This document shows positions 27,267 through 38,028 of a stretch of DNA of 57,675 nt, piece by piece. This DNA is from Acidobacteriota bacterium (GTDB taxonomy: Bacteria; Acidobacteriota; Vicinamibacteria; Vicinamibacterales; UBA2999). Where the stretch lies: the NCBI GenBank assembly GCA_016210845.1, contig JACQTK010000024.1, positions 1 to 57,675 on the forward strand, read 5' to 3'. Numbering within the stretch: the first letter of the stretch is position 1; each line of letters starts with the position of its first letter. The notes under the pieces were generated by a model, which had not been told where the DNA came from, searched no databases, and saw only the letters and a list, made by a program, of their open reading frames with translations. The translations under genes and the position numbers were made by a program.

Positions 27267-29241
27267 TCTTCAGACCGACCAGGGCGAGCGCCTCGAGCTG
27301 ATCTCCGTTCCTGCAACCGAGTTCCGCCGCGTCCTCGACGCCAAGGCGTCGGCTGTGGCGAAGACGGAGGCGTGTGCGGCGCTGGCGCGCATCAACACGC
27401 TCTCCATGATCGCGGGCGCCTGGTCGGGCCACATCGGCACGAGCTTCAGCTCGCTCGAGATCATGAGCTGGCTGTTCCTCAACGAGATCCGCCGCCTCGA
27501 CCGGGGCCCCGCGGCCTGCGACATCTTCTTCTCGTCCAAGGGGCACGATGCGCCCGCCCTGTACTCGGTGCTCATCGGCCTCGGGCTGCTGCCGGCCGAA
27601 AAGGCGCACGAGCTCCGGCGGCTTCACGGGCTGCCTGGACATCCCCACGTCGAGACGCCGTACGTCCAGGCGAACACGGGATCGCTCGGCATGGGCATCT
27701 CCAAGGCGAAGGGGATGGCGATTGCCAATCGCCACCTTCATCCCGAGGCTCGGCCGCGCATCTTCGTCCTCACGGGAGACGGCGAGCTGCAGGAGGGGCA
27801 GGTCTGGGAGTCGCTGGCGTCGGCCGCCCGTCTCGCTCTCGGCGAAATCGTCGCCATCGTCGATCACAACAAGATTCAGTCCGACACCTGGGTCGACCGC
27901 GTCAGCCCGCTCGGCGATCTCGAGGCGAAGTTCCGGTCGTTCGGCTGGCACGTCAGCCGTGTCGACGGCCATGACGTGCCCGCGCTCGAGCGCACGTTCC
28001 GCGCCCTCGACGCGGTGATCGATCGGCCCAAGGTGATCGTCGCGGACACCATCAAGGGGCGGGGCGTCTCGTTCATGGAAGGGCCGGCCATGAAGCCTGG
28101 CGAGCTCTACGGCTACCATTCGGGCGCACCGGGTGAAGAGAGCTACCGTGCGGGCGTGAAGGAGCTGCTGGCGTCGGCCGAGCGGCTGGTCGCCAGTCTC
28201 GGGCTGGGCGCGCTGACCATCGAGACCCGTACGCGAAATCCGCGCAGGGAGCCGCGCAAGACGGATAACCTGATTGCGGCGTACAGCCAGGCGCTGCTCG
28301 ATCAGGCGGATCGCAACCCCCATCTCATCGTGCTCGACGCCGATCTGATCAAGGACTGCGGGCTCGTGCCGTTCGCGGCGAAACACCCCCAGCGGTTCGT
28401 CGAGTGCGGCATCGCCGAGCAGGACATGGTGTCGACGGCCTGCGGGATGGCGCACGTCGGTGCGCTCCCCATCGCGCACTCGTTCGCGTGCTTCCTGGCG
28501 GCGCGGCCGAACGAGCAGATCTACAACCAGTGCAGCGAAGGCTCGAAGGTGATCTACGTGGGCTCGCTGGCCGGACTGCTGCCAGGCGGCCCCGGCCACT
28601 CGCACCAGTCGGTTCGTGACATCTCGGCGCTCGGCGCAGTGCCGAACCTGCTGTTGGCCGAACCGGGCCTCGAGGCCGAAGTACATGCGCTCGTCGACCA
28701 CCTCGTCAACAGAACCTCGGAGAGCGCGTACCTGCGGCTCGTCTCAGTGAAGTGGCCGATCCCGTTTCGGTATCCGGACGGTCAGTCTGTCGAGGCGGGC
28801 AAGGGCTGGGTCGTGCGCGAGGGCCGCGATCTGCTGGTGTTCGGGTACGGTCCGTGGCTGCTCGCCAACGCGTACGAGGCTGCCGAGGAAGTCGAGCGGA
28901 GCAGCGGCGTGAGCGTCAGGGTCGTCAATCTCCCGTGGCTCAATCGCGTGGACGGGGGTTGGCTGAGAGAGACCATCGGCGGGCGTCGCGCGGTCGTGAC
29001 GCTCGACAACCACTACGTGCATGGCGGCCAGGGCGACATGCTGGCCGCGGCGATCGCCAGGCTCGGCCTCGAGCAGGCTCCTGAGGTGACTCGCCTGGGC
29101 GTGACCGAACTGCCCGAATGCGGCACCAACGAGGAGGTGCTTTCGTACCACGGGCTGGACGTGCCTGCCCTCGTGAAGGCGTTCCTGGGTGCTGCCGCCA
29201 GACTTGGGGCGACAGCCGGAAGTCGGACGGGCTCCGTATGA
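27259..29241 (+). CDS. Transketolase family ThDP enzyme (single chain)
   Basis: GHIG, SKGH, GHP, TGSLG, GDGELQEG..N ThDP motif, GIAEQDM, GHSHQ. Confidence 0.88.
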   Translation: MGDLQTDQGERLELISVPATEFRRVLDAKASAVAKTEACAALARINTLSMIAGAWSGHIGTSFSSLEIMSWLFLNEIRRLDRGPAACDIFFSSKGHDAPALYSVLIGLGLLPAEKAHELRRLHGLPGHPHVETPYVQANTGSLGMGISKAKGMAIANRHLHPEARPRIFVLTGDGELQEGQVWESLASAARLALGEIVAIVDHNKIQSDTWVDRVSPLGDLEAKFRSFGWHVSRVDGHDVPALERTFRALDAVIDRPKVIVADTIKGRGVSFMEGPAMKPGELYGYHSGAPGEESYRAGVKELLASAERLVASLGLGALTIETRTRNPRREPRKTDNLIAAYSQALLDQADRNPHLIVLDADLIKDCGLVPFAAKHPQRFVECGIAEQDMVSTACGMAHVGALPIAHSFACFLAARPNEQIYNQCSEGSKVIYVGSLAGLLPGGPGHSHQSVRDISALGAVPNLLLAEPGLEAEVHALVDHLVNRTSESAYLRLVSVKWPIPFRYPDGQSVEAGKGWVVREGRDLLVFGYGPWLLANAYEAAEEVERSSGVSVRVVNLPWLNRVDGGWLRETIGGRRAVVTLDNHYVHGGQGDMLAAAIARLGLEQAPEVTRLGVTELPECGTNEEVLSYHGLDVPALVKAFLGAAARLGATAGSRTGSV

Positions 29242-29951
29242 CCGTGCTGTTCTGGGACATCGACGGCACCCTCCTGACCACCGCCAAGGCCGGCGTGTTC
29301 GCGTGGAACGATGCTGTGCGCGAGCTGACGGGACGCGACTTCGAGCTGCTCACCGTGCGTATCGCCGGCCTCACCGACTATCAAATCGCCGTCAGGACCT
29401 TCGAGGCCATGGGCATCGAGCCCGATGACACGCTCGTCCGCTGCCTGGTGGATCGCTACGGCGAGCTGCTGCCTGGGAGCCTCCCGCGGAGGCAGGGGAG
29501 GGTGCTGCCGCACGTTCGCGAGATCCTCGAGCGGCTCCACCTGCGCTCGGGCATCCGCTCGTACCTGCTGACGGGCAACACACGGGCAGGCGCGGCGGCG
29601 AAGCTCACGCACTACGGCCTGATCGGATACTTTCCGGACGGCGCGTTCGCCGAGGACGCAGGAGACCGGTCGGCGATCGCCGAGCGGGCCCTGCAGCTGG
29701 CCAGGCGCGCGGGCCCCGTCTCCGGCGGCGGCGTCTTCGTCATCGGCGACACGCCGCACGACATCGATTGCGCGGCGGCGATCGACGCGCGCACGATCGC
29801 GGTGGCCACGGGGGGCTACTCGATCGAAGAGCTGCGCGTGCACGCGCCGTGGCGCGCATTCGACGAGCTGCCCACGCCGGACGAGTTCGAGCGGTTGATT
29901 GATGGAGGGGCCGACCTTCAGGTCGGCCCGCCAAGGACCCTGTCCGCATGA
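29238..29951 (+). CDS. HAD-family phosphatase
   Basis: WDIDGTLL, LTGN, IGDTPHD; ATGA overlaps at both ends. Confidence 0.88.
   Translation: MTVLFWDIDGTLLTTAKAGVFAWNDAVRELTGRDFELLTVRIAGLTDYQIAVRTFEAMGIEPDDTLVRCLVDRYGELLPGSLPRRQGRVLPHVREILERLHLRSGIRSYLLTGNTRAGAAAKLTHYGLIGYFPDGAFAEDAGDRSAIAERALQLARRAGPVSGGGVFVIGDTPHDIDCAAAIDARTIAVATGGYSIEELRVHAPWRAFDELPTPDEFERLIDGGADLQVGPPRTLSA
29904..29929. repeat. REP-like palindrome inside the 3' end of the HAD gene; related copy at 55834-55859
   Basis: GGAGGGGCCGACCTTCAGGTCGGCCC. Confidence 0.6.
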
Positions 29952-31660
29952 GACACGGCATCCGCCGGCTTCCGGCCCTCTGGCGCGCCACGCGGCTCGT
30001 GCGGCGGTGGTATTACGCCCGGTTCGAGGCCTACCCCGACTGGCGCGAGCCGATCGAGGCGGCCGCGGGTCTATGGGAGTCGGCACGCGGCGCCGCCCAG
30101 GGCGGCCCGCGCGTGCTGATGGCCAGCTCGATCGGCGCCTATGCCCATGCCGTGACGCTCGAGAGCGCGCTGGCGGCGGCGCTCACGTTCCGCGGCGCGG
30201 AGGTGCACGTGCTGGTCTGCGATGGCGCGCTGACGGCCTGCGCGGAGTGCGAGGCCTCGCTGTATCCGGACATCGCGCGGTTCGCCGCCCGCGGCCCGCA
30301 GGACGACCTCTGCCGCGACTGCCAGTGGCCGGCCGAGCGGGTCTACGCGCAGCTGGGTCTGAAGGTCCATCGCTACAGCGAGTGGCTCACGGCCGAAGAC
30401 CGTGCCGAGGCGCGACGTCTGGCCTCGACCCTCCCGGTGGATCGGATCGAGACCTTCACGCTCGATGGCCTGGCGATCGGCGAGCAGGCGTACGCGGGCG
30501 CGGTGCGTTTCTTTGCCACCGGTTCCCTGCACGGCGAGCCGCACGCGGAGCCAGTGCTGCGCCGCTATCTGGAATCGGCGCTGCTGACCGCATACGCCAC
30601 GCGGCGGCTCCTCCGCGGCGTCGGCTTCTCGGCCGCAGTGTTCACTCACGGCATCTACGTGCCCTGGGGCATCATGTGCGCGGTGGCGCGGCAGGAGCGC
30701 GTGCACGCTTCGACCTGGAACGTCGCGTACCGCAAGCGCCGGTTCATCTTCAGCCACGACGACACGTACCATCACACGCTGATGCGCGAGACGCGCGAGC
30801 ACTGGGAGGACCTCGAGCTGTCGGGCGCGCAGGAGCGCGAGCTGATGCAGTACCTGTCGAGCCGGCGCGAGGGGCTGTTCGACTGGATCGTCTTCCATCG
30901 GCCGACGAGACAGGACCCGGAAGAGATTGCACGGCGCGTCGGGATCGATCGGTCGAAGCCGGTGATCGGGCTGCTCACCAACGTGGCGTGGGATGCGCAG
31001 CTGCACTATCCGGCCAACGCCTTCCCGAACATGCTGGAGTGGCTCGTGCGGACCTGCGAGTACTTCGCGGCACGGCCCGATCTGCAACTGCTCGTGCGCG
31101 TCCACCCCGCCGAGATCAGCGGCTTTCCCCAGTCGCGGCAGCCGATCCTGCGAGAGCTGCGCAAGCGGGTGCCGAAGCTCGCGTCCAACATCTTCGTGGT
31201 GCCGCCCGAGAGCGGGATGAGCACCTACGCGCTGATGTCGCTCTGCAACGCCGCCCTCATCTACGGCACCAAGATGGGCGTCGAGCTGACCAGCGTGGGC
31301 CTGCCCGTGATCGTGGCCGGCGAAGCCTGGATCCGCAACAAAGGGCTCACGTACGACGTCAGCTCGCCGGAGGAATATTTCCGGCTGCTCGAGCAGCTGC
31401 CGTTCCCCGGGCGTCTGGGTCCCGAGCAGCTCGCCCGGGCCCGCCGCTACGCGTACCATTTCTTCTTCAACCGCATGATCCTGCTGCCCTTCATTCAGCC
31501 GAAGGCAGGCTACCCCATCTACCAGTTGCAGCTCGACCGCCTCCAACAATTGCTGCCCGGTGCCTCGCAGGGACTCGATACAATCTGCGACGGAATCCTG
31601 GCGGGAGCTCCGTTCGTGCTGGCGGAGAGGGTCCCGAAGCGGGAGCTCGTGACGTCGTAA
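29948..31660 (+). CDS. Capsule polysaccharide biosynthesis protein (KpsS/PF05159-like)
   Basis: LLTNVAWDA, VRVHPAE, YGTKMGVE..GLPVIVAG; Cys-rich N-terminal motif. Confidence 0.65.
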   Translation: MRHGIRRLPALWRATRLVRRWYYARFEAYPDWREPIEAAAGLWESARGAAQGGPRVLMASSIGAYAHAVTLESALAAALTFRGAEVHVLVCDGALTACAECEASLYPDIARFAARGPQDDLCRDCQWPAERVYAQLGLKVHRYSEWLTAEDRAEARRLASTLPVDRIETFTLDGLAIGEQAYAGAVRFFATGSLHGEPHAEPVLRRYLESALLTAYATRRLLRGVGFSAAVFTHGIYVPWGIMCAVARQERVHASTWNVAYRKRRFIFSHDDTYHHTLMRETREHWEDLELSGAQERELMQYLSSRREGLFDWIVFHRPTRQDPEEIARRVGIDRSKPVIGLLTNVAWDAQLHYPANAFPNMLEWLVRTCEYFAARPDLQLLVRVHPAEISGFPQSRQPILRELRKRVPKLASNIFVVPPESGMSTYALMSLCNAALIYGTKMGVELTSVGLPVIVAGEAWIRNKGLTYDVSSPEEYFRLLEQLPFPGRLGPEQLARARRYAYHFFFNRMILLPFIQPKAGYPIYQLQLDRLQQLLPGASQGLDTICDGILAGAPFVLAERVPKRELVTS

Positions 31661-31697
31661 CCAGTAGGGCCAGGCCCCTTGTGCCTGCCCACGTGCC

Positions 31698-33494
31698 TTG
31701 ACGCTCCTCCTGATCGTCGTGTTCGCCGTCGCCACCGCAGCGGCCGTGGCCGCCGGCGCACTCGTGCGGCGCGTGGCGCCAGCCATCGGGGCGGTCGTGC
31801 CGCCGCGTCCCGATCGCTGGCACGACACGCCGACGCCGACGATGGGCGGCGTGGCGATTGCGGCCGCGACGATGGCGGGGTTCGCGGCTGTGACGCTGCG
31901 TCCGGAGGCGATCGGCGCGCCGCGCGAATGGCTGGCGGTGCTGCTCGCGGCGCTGGCGATGTTCGTGGTCGGCGTGCTGGACGACCGCCTGCAGCTCTCG
32001 CCGGTGGCCAAGCTGGTCTCGTCGCTCGCAATCGGCGCGTTTCTCGTCTTTGCGCTGGCGGGCGCGGAGCCGGCGGGCGCGCTGCCGTCCTCGTACACCT
32101 TGGTGGCAACCATCTGGTTTGCCGGGATCTGCCATGCGTTCAACCTTCTCGACAACATGGACGGTCTCGCGGCCGGTGTCGCTTTTATTGCGACTATCTT
32201 CCTGTCGGCCCTTCTTGGGGCGTTTCTTGGCCCCACACTGGTCGTACTCCTCACCGCCTTGGCGGGAGCGCTGTTGGGCTTTCTCTACTGGAACCGGCCT
32301 CCGGCACGGATGTTCATGGGCGATTGTGGGAGCCTGTTCATAGGCGCCCTCCTGGCTGCGGCATCGCTGGTTCCCGTGTTTCAGTCTCGTGTCGCCTTCA
32401 TCAGTCCCGCCGTGATCGTCGCGCTGGTGTTCGTGGTCCCCTTGTTCGATACGGGGTTCGTTCTGGTTCTGCGACGGCTGGCCGGCCGAAAGGCGAGCAA
32501 GGGTGGAACCGATCACGTGTCACACAGGCTGGTGTCCCTCGGATTCTCAGAGCGCAGCGCGGTCCGGATTCTCTACCTGCTCGGATTCGTCGGCGGCGGC
32601 ACGGCATGGCTGCTGCTCGTCGGCAGCGGTGTCGAGCCGATGCTTCCTCTGGTTGCGGTTTTCGGGGTGCTCGTCGTCCTGCTCGGTCTCTATTTGGCGC
32701 GCGTCCCCGCCTACAACGCGGAAGATTTCATCGCGCTCCAGAAATGGTCTTTCGCACCGATCCTGAGGGATCTCGCGTTCAAATGGCACGCCGGACAGGT
32801 TCTGCTGGATCTCGTCCTCATCACCGTGTGCTACTACGCAGCGTACCGGTTACGGTTCGAGGGAGAGAGTCTCGACACGTTCCTGCCGTACTTCACCGCC
32901 ACGCTGCCGATCGTCCTCGGATGTCAGGTAGCATCGCTTTACGCATCTGGCTTGTACCAACGGTCATGGGAGACGTTTGGGCTACGAGACTTGTCGGCGG
33001 TCCTCCGTGGCGTCGGGATGGGATCGGTGCTGGCGGTGCTGTTACCCGCGTACCTCTACCGATTCGGCGGCTTTTCGTGGGCCGTCTTCATCCTGGATGG
33101 CATGCTGCTCAGCATGGCCATTGTCGGCACTCGTGCCTCGTTTCGCGCGATGAACCTCGTGGCGGCCGCGCGAAACAAGCGCAGCCGGCGTGTCCTGGTC
33201 TACGGGGCGGGTCAGTTCGGGCAGACGCTGGTACGCGAGATTCGCGCCAACCCTCACTGGAACATGAATCCGGTGGCATTCGTCGACGATGACCCGATGA
33301 AGCTCCGCCGCTGGATCATGGGGGTGCCTGTCCGTGGGACGATCGACACTCTTGGGGACACCATCAAGCGTTATTCGGTGGACGAGGTGATTGTGAGCAG
33401 TCCGTCGATCAACGGAAGGGTGGAAGAACGCATCCATGAGGTATGTGCGCGCCTCGACCGGCCCGTCAGGCGGCTCTACATGGAGATTCGCTAG
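31698..33494 (+). CDS. WecA/MraY-family polyprenyl-phosphate sugar-1-P transferase fused to a 4TM + Rossmann-like domain
   Basis: TPTMGG, GVLDD, NLLDNMDG, FMGDCG, DHVSHR; C-terminal VYGAG..FVDDDP; TTG start uncertain. Confidence 0.8.
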   Translation: MTLLLIVVFAVATAAAVAAGALVRRVAPAIGAVVPPRPDRWHDTPTPTMGGVAIAAATMAGFAAVTLRPEAIGAPREWLAVLLAALAMFVVGVLDDRLQLSPVAKLVSSLAIGAFLVFALAGAEPAGALPSSYTLVATIWFAGICHAFNLLDNMDGLAAGVAFIATIFLSALLGAFLGPTLVVLLTALAGALLGFLYWNRPPARMFMGDCGSLFIGALLAAASLVPVFQSRVAFISPAVIVALVFVVPLFDTGFVLVLRRLAGRKASKGGTDHVSHRLVSLGFSERSAVRILYLLGFVGGGTAWLLLVGSGVEPMLPLVAVFGVLVVLLGLYLARVPAYNAEDFIALQKWSFAPILRDLAFKWHAGQVLLDLVLITVCYYAAYRLRFEGESLDTFLPYFTATLPIVLGCQVASLYASGLYQRSWETFGLRDLSAVLRGVGMGSVLAVLLPAYLYRFGGFSWAVFILDGMLLSMAIVGTRASFRAMNLVAAARNKRSRRVLVYGAGQFGQTLVREIRANPHWNMNPVAFVDDDPMKLRRWIMGVPVRGTIDTLGDTIKRYSVDEVIVSSPSINGRVEERIHEVCARLDRPVRRLYMEIR

Positions 33495-33499
33495 ATCAA

Positions 33500-33619
<120 letters not shown>

Positions 33620-33623
33620 TACC

Positions 33624-34730
33624 GTGCGCATAGGCATCGATGGCCGCGCCTTTGCCTCACGTGCCGCCGGCGTGCGGCGGTATGTCGTGGGGCTCGTTCG
33701 CGGACTGCTCGCGGTCGATCCCACACTCCACATCGTCGCGCTCGGCGGCGTCGATTCCAGCGCGTTGCCGTCCGGGGTCGGCCACGTCGCGGAGCCCGCG
33801 CACCCCCCCTCGAATCTCGGCTGGACGCTGATGGGGCTGCCCCGGGCGGCCGCCCGCGCCTCGGTCGATCTGATTCATGCGCCTGCGTACACCGCGCCCA
33901 TATGGTCCGGCGTGCCCGTCGTCGTTACGATCCATGACGTCAGCTACGAGCGTCATCCCGAGTGGTATCCGTACCGCCGTGACTGGCTGCGGCGGGCATT
34001 CTACCGGCGAAGCGCGCGCGCGGCGGCACACGTGGTGACGGACTCGACGTTTTCGGCGGCGGAAATTGCGGCGGGATACGGTATTGCCTCGGCTCGCATT
34101 GCCGTCGTTCCGCTCGGCGTCGACGCCGGGTTCGCGCCCGCGGATCCCGACGTGCCGTGCGAGCTGCCGGCCGGTGTGGCTGCGCCGTATCTCCTGCACG
34201 TGGGCGACCTGCACGAGCGCCGCAACCTCGGCGTCGTGGTCGAGGCGCTGCTCACGGCGCGGCGGCGTTTCGGGGCGGTCCCTGCGGCGTCATTGGTGCT
34301 GGCCGGCGTGGATCGGGGAGTCGGCGACGGACTCTGCGCGACGGCCGCGCGAGCGGGCGCCCCGGACGCAGTGATTCGGCTCGGGGAGGTGAGCGAGGAG
34401 CGGCTGCGAACGCTCTACCGATGTGCGACGGCGCTGGTGTACCCGTCTCTCTATGAGGGGTTCGGGTTGCCCCTGGTGGAGGCGATGGCCAGTGGCACGC
34501 CCGTCATCGCGTCACGGGCGGCTTCGATCCCAGAGGTCGTGGGAGCAGCGGGCCTGCTGCTCGATCCCACGGACACCTCCGCCTGGACCGACGCGATCGT
34601 CCGGATCATGAACGACGAGCTGCTTCGGGCACGCATGAGGGCCGAAGGCCTGGTACGCGCCGCCGACTTCACGTGGGAGCGGACGGCCCTGTTGACACTC
34701 GACGTGTATCATCGCGTGTTGGAACACTGA
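33624..34730 (+). CDS. GT4 glycosyltransferase
   Basis: RIGIDGR, TIHDV, PSLYEGFGLPLVEAMASG. Confidence 0.9.
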   Translation: MRIGIDGRAFASRAAGVRRYVVGLVRGLLAVDPTLHIVALGGVDSSALPSGVGHVAEPAHPPSNLGWTLMGLPRAAARASVDLIHAPAYTAPIWSGVPVVVTIHDVSYERHPEWYPYRRDWLRRAFYRRSARAAAHVVTDSTFSAAEIAAGYGIASARIAVVPLGVDAGFAPADPDVPCELPAGVAAPYLLHVGDLHERRNLGVVVEALLTARRRFGAVPAASLVLAGVDRGVGDGLCATAARAGAPDAVIRLGEVSEERLRTLYRCATALVYPSLYEGFGLPLVEAMASGTPVIASRAASIPEVVGAAGLLLDPTDTSAWTDAIVRIMNDELLRARMRAEGLVRAADFTWERTALLTLDVYHRVLEH

Positions 34731-34740
34731 ACGCAGACCC

Positions 34741-35802
34741 TTGAATATCGAACCCCGAACGCGAACGTCGAACACGAAGCCGGAACCCCGAACCGGGAAC
34801 ACAGAACCCGACGTCTCGGTGATCATCGTCACGTGGAACGGCCGGCAGTACCTCGAACCCTGTCTGGCGGCGGTGGCGGCACAGGACGGCGTCGAGGCCG
34901 AGACGATCGTGGTGGACAACGGGTCGACCGACGGCACTGCCGAGTTCGTACGCGATCGATTCCCCTGGGTACGCCTCGTCACACTCGAGTCGAACCGCGG
35001 ATTCGCGGGCGGGAACAATGCGGGAGCGCGCGAGGCGCGGGGGCGCCATCTGGCCTTTCTCAACAACGATACCGTGGTGGATCGGGGCTGGCTGCGGGCC
35101 CTTCGCGCTGGAATCGACGTGGAATCGGGGTTCGTGCTCACGACCTCCCGCATCGTCTACATGCACGATCCCGACATCATCGACAGCGCGGGCGACGGAC
35201 TGCTCCGTTGGGGCGGCGCGTTCAAGCGGCATCACGGCTCGGCGGCGCACACGGCGAACGAATCGACCGAGGTCTTCGGCGTGTGCGGGGCCGCCTGCAT
35301 GATGTCCAGGGACGTCTTCGAGGAGCTGGGCGGCTTCGACGAGGACTTCTTCGCCTCGCACGAAGACGTCGACCTCTCTTACCGGGCACGTTTGCGCGGT
35401 TACCGGTGCCGCTACGTGGCGGACGCCGTGGTCAGACATCATGTGAGCGCCACGCTGGGAAAGCTCAGTCCGTTCGCCGTGTATCACGGTCAACGTAATC
35501 TGGAGTGGATGTACCTGAAGAATACGCCGTGGTCGCTCCTCGTCCGAACCCTGCTCGGTCATCTGCTCTATGACGCCGCAGCGGCGGTGTACTTCACGCG
35601 TGTGGGTCTGCTCGGGACGTTCGTCCGAGCGAAATGGGCCGCGCTGGCAGGTGTTCCCGCCATCCTCCGAAAGCGGATGTCGGTCCAGCGATCCAGACGG
35701 CTGAGAGCCGCTGAGATCGAGCGCCATCTTGAAACGCGGTGGCTGTCCATGAAGCTGCGTGAGAAGCGGCTCGACGTCGCACTCAGGGAGCGCACCCCGT
35801 GA
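34741..35802 (+). CDS. GT2 glycosyltransferase; N-terminus derived from GAAC repeats, start uncertain
   Basis: IIVTWN, VDNGSTDG, NRGFAGGNN, FLNND, EDVDL. Confidence 0.88.
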   Translation: MNIEPRTRTSNTKPEPRTGNTEPDVSVIIVTWNGRQYLEPCLAAVAAQDGVEAETIVVDNGSTDGTAEFVRDRFPWVRLVTLESNRGFAGGNNAGAREARGRHLAFLNNDTVVDRGWLRALRAGIDVESGFVLTTSRIVYMHDPDIIDSAGDGLLRWGGAFKRHHGSAAHTANESTEVFGVCGAACMMSRDVFEELGGFDEDFFASHEDVDLSYRARLRGYRCRYVADAVVRHHVSATLGKLSPFAVYHGQRNLEWMYLKNTPWSLLVRTLLGHLLYDAAAAVYFTRVGLLGTFVRAKWAALAGVPAILRKRMSVQRSRRLRAAEIERHLETRWLSMKLREKRLDVALRERTP

Positions 35803-36692
35803 ACGGCCCGGAAGTATCCGCGATCCTCGTCAATTACAACGCGGGCGGGGAGTTGCGCTCCGCCTTGCGCTCTATCGCGGATGAACTGGGCGCCTGCGCC
35901 TGGGAGGCGATTGTCGTCGATAACGCCTCATTCGATGGCAGCGGCACGATCGTTGCCGAATTCGCCCCCCACGCACGCTTGATTCGGAACGAACAGAACC
36001 TGGGTTTCGCGCGCGCTGTCAACCAGGGAATTGGGGCGACCTCAGCGTCTCTGGTGTTGATTATTAATCCCGACTGCCGTCTGGTTCCGGGTGCATTTGT
36101 TTCACTCAGGCGGGAACTGGAGCGGTCCGATTCTTGCGCCGTCGTGGGCCCGCGCATTCTCGATCCGGATGGCTCCGTTCAAGGAAGCGCGAGGGGCGAT
36201 CCCGACATGTTCACGGGACTATTCGGCCGAACTACGCTCCTGCGTCGACTCCTGCCCGATCTGGCGATCTCCAAGCGGAACGTCGTGGCCGACGGCACCA
36301 TTTGCGAGGGACCACCCAGTCTGTCGGTGGATTGGCTATCGGGAGCCTGCATGTTGGCGCGTCGTGACGCGTTGCGGAAGGTCAACGGCTTCGATGAGCG
36401 CTACTTCCTCTACTGGGAAGATGCGGACCTGTGTCGCCGACTCCGTGGCATCGGGTACCACGTCCGATATGTGCCGATCGCCACGGCCATCCATCGGGTC
36501 GGACACTCCAGTCGCAGCGCACGCGCCTCGGCCGTTCTCGCATTTCACGAAAGCGCGTACCTCTATTACGCGACGCATGTCGCTCCAGGGCCCTTCCAGC
36601 CGAAGCGCTCCCTGGCGCGCCTGCTGCTCTCCGCGAGGTGCTGGCTCCATCTGATATTCAACACTCAGGACGGGACGCGTCGTCGGTTGTGA
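35799..36692 (+). CDS. GT2 glycosyltransferase (rhamnosyltransferase-like)
   Basis: ILVNYN, VDNAS, NLGFA, INPD, GFDERYFLYWEDAD. Confidence 0.88.
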   Translation: MNGPEVSAILVNYNAGGELRSALRSIADELGACAWEAIVVDNASFDGSGTIVAEFAPHARLIRNEQNLGFARAVNQGIGATSASLVLIINPDCRLVPGAFVSLRRELERSDSCAVVGPRILDPDGSVQGSARGDPDMFTGLFGRTTLLRRLLPDLAISKRNVVADGTICEGPPSLSVDWLSGACMLARRDALRKVNGFDERYFLYWEDADLCRRLRGIGYHVRYVPIATAIHRVGHSSRSARASAVLAFHESAYLYYATHVAPGPFQPKRSLARLLLSARCWLHLIFNTQDGTRRRL

Positions 36693-36732
36693 TGATCGTG
36701 TCACCTGAACGGCAGCATCGTTCCCACTGGAA

Positions 36733-37836
36733 CTACAGGGTGTCCTCCACCAGCGCCGCCACGTGATTCCCGATCGCCAGGCAGGCCGTCAGCCCTGGCG
36801 ACTCGATGCCCGCTGCCTGCACCAGGCGCGGGCATTTCGTGTCTCTGGCGATCAGAAAATCCGCGAACGGTTCCTCAGGCGGGTGGAGCTTCGGGCGGAT
36901 GCCGCTCCCGCCCGGCCGCAGATCCTCGAGCCGCAGCTCTGGCAGCAGCTCGCGCGCCGGTTCGAGAAACCGCTCGATCGGGATCCGGTTCTCCTCATAG
37001 TCGTCTTTGCGAGCCTGGTAGCGGACGGTGGGGCCGAGCGTGACGACGCCATGCGTCGTCTTCGTGAGGTGTACGCCGAGTGAGTGCCCGGACGCGTGAG
37101 GGAGAGGATACACGGGCCCGTTGACGAGCCCTCGCTTCGATGGCACGAGCTCGGCGTACTCGCCACGACAGGGATAGATCCGGAAGGGCGCGCCGCCGAG
37201 CGCGGCTGACGCCTCGTCGGCATGGAGTCCGGCGGCGTTCACGACCGTCCGTGCCAGGATCGTTTCGGCCGGTGTTCGCAGCTCGAGCCCGTCCGGACGC
37301 TGTGTCGCACCCACCAGCGGCGTCCCCGTCAGCACGAACGCCTCGTGGCCCGCACACAGGCGAGCGAGCGTGCGCACCAGCGCCTCGGCTTCGATGACGC
37401 CCGTGTTCGGAGAGAAGAGTGCAGCCGTGCCGCGCACGTGCGGCTCGCGCGCGCGGATGAATGCGCGATCGACCAGCTGAAGTCCCTCGACGCCGTTGGC
37501 CTCGCCCCGCGCCCGCAGCCCTTCGAGGGCCTCGACCTCCCGATCGTCCTGCGCCACGATCAGCTTGCCCGTCCGCACGTGCGCGATGCCGTGCGTCGCG
37601 CAGAAGTCATAGAGCAGCCGCGCCCCCTCGACGCAGTGTCGTGCCTTGAGCGTGCCTCCGGGGTAGTACAGGCCGGCATGAATCACCTGGCTGTTGTGCG
37701 TGCTCGTGCCCATCCCGGCGCGCGGCTCGCGCTCGAGCACGCAGACGCTGTGTCCGCGTCGCGCGATCGCCAGCGCGGAGGCGAGGCCCACCACGCCCGC
37801 CCCGATGACGACGGTGTCGATGCGAGAAGTGTCCAT
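36733..37836 (-). CDS. FAD-dependent oxidoreductase (L-2-hydroxyglutarate oxidase-like)
   Basis: [39 protein letters not shown]. Confidence 0.85.
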   Translation of the reverse strand: MDTSRIDTVVIGAGVVGLASALAIARRGHSVCVLEREPRAGMGTSTHNSQVIHAGLYYPGGTLKARHCVEGARLLYDFCATHGIAHVRTGKLIVAQDDREVEALEGLRARGEANGVEGLQLVDRAFIRAREPHVRGTAALFSPNTGVIEAEALVRTLARLCAGHEAFVLTGTPLVGATQRPDGLELRTPAETILARTVVNAAGLHADEASAALGGAPFRIYPCRGEYAELVPSKRGLVNGPVYPLPHASGHSLGVHLTKTTHGVVTLGPTVRYQARKDDYEENRIPIERFLEPARELLPELRLEDLRPGGSGIRPKLHPPEEPFADFLIARDTKCPRLVQAAGIESPGLTACLAIGNHVAALVEDTL

Positions 37837-37837
37837 A

Positions 37838-38003
37838 GGACCGCTATACGGCTCCTAATTGAGGATCTTGTATCGGTTGCGCGCCTGAGGTGTGAGCCGT
37901 ATAGCAGTCCTAGGCGCGCGGAGCGCGCCAAGCAGATACTGCCAACCAGCCAAGGGCTCGTCTCGGAGTTACTGGGATGCCAAGAGCGAGCCCTTGGCTG
38001 GTT
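37838..38003 (+). mobile_element. Composite element, copy 6 (complete, between divergent genes)
   Basis: GGACCGCTATACGGCTC..GAGCCGTATAGCAGTCC-TAGGCGCGCGGAGCGCGCCAAG-CAGATACTGCC-AACCAGCCAAGGGCTCG..CGAGCCCTTGGCTGGTT. Confidence 0.75.
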
Positions 38004-38028
38004 TTCGTGACATGGTACGATACGACGT

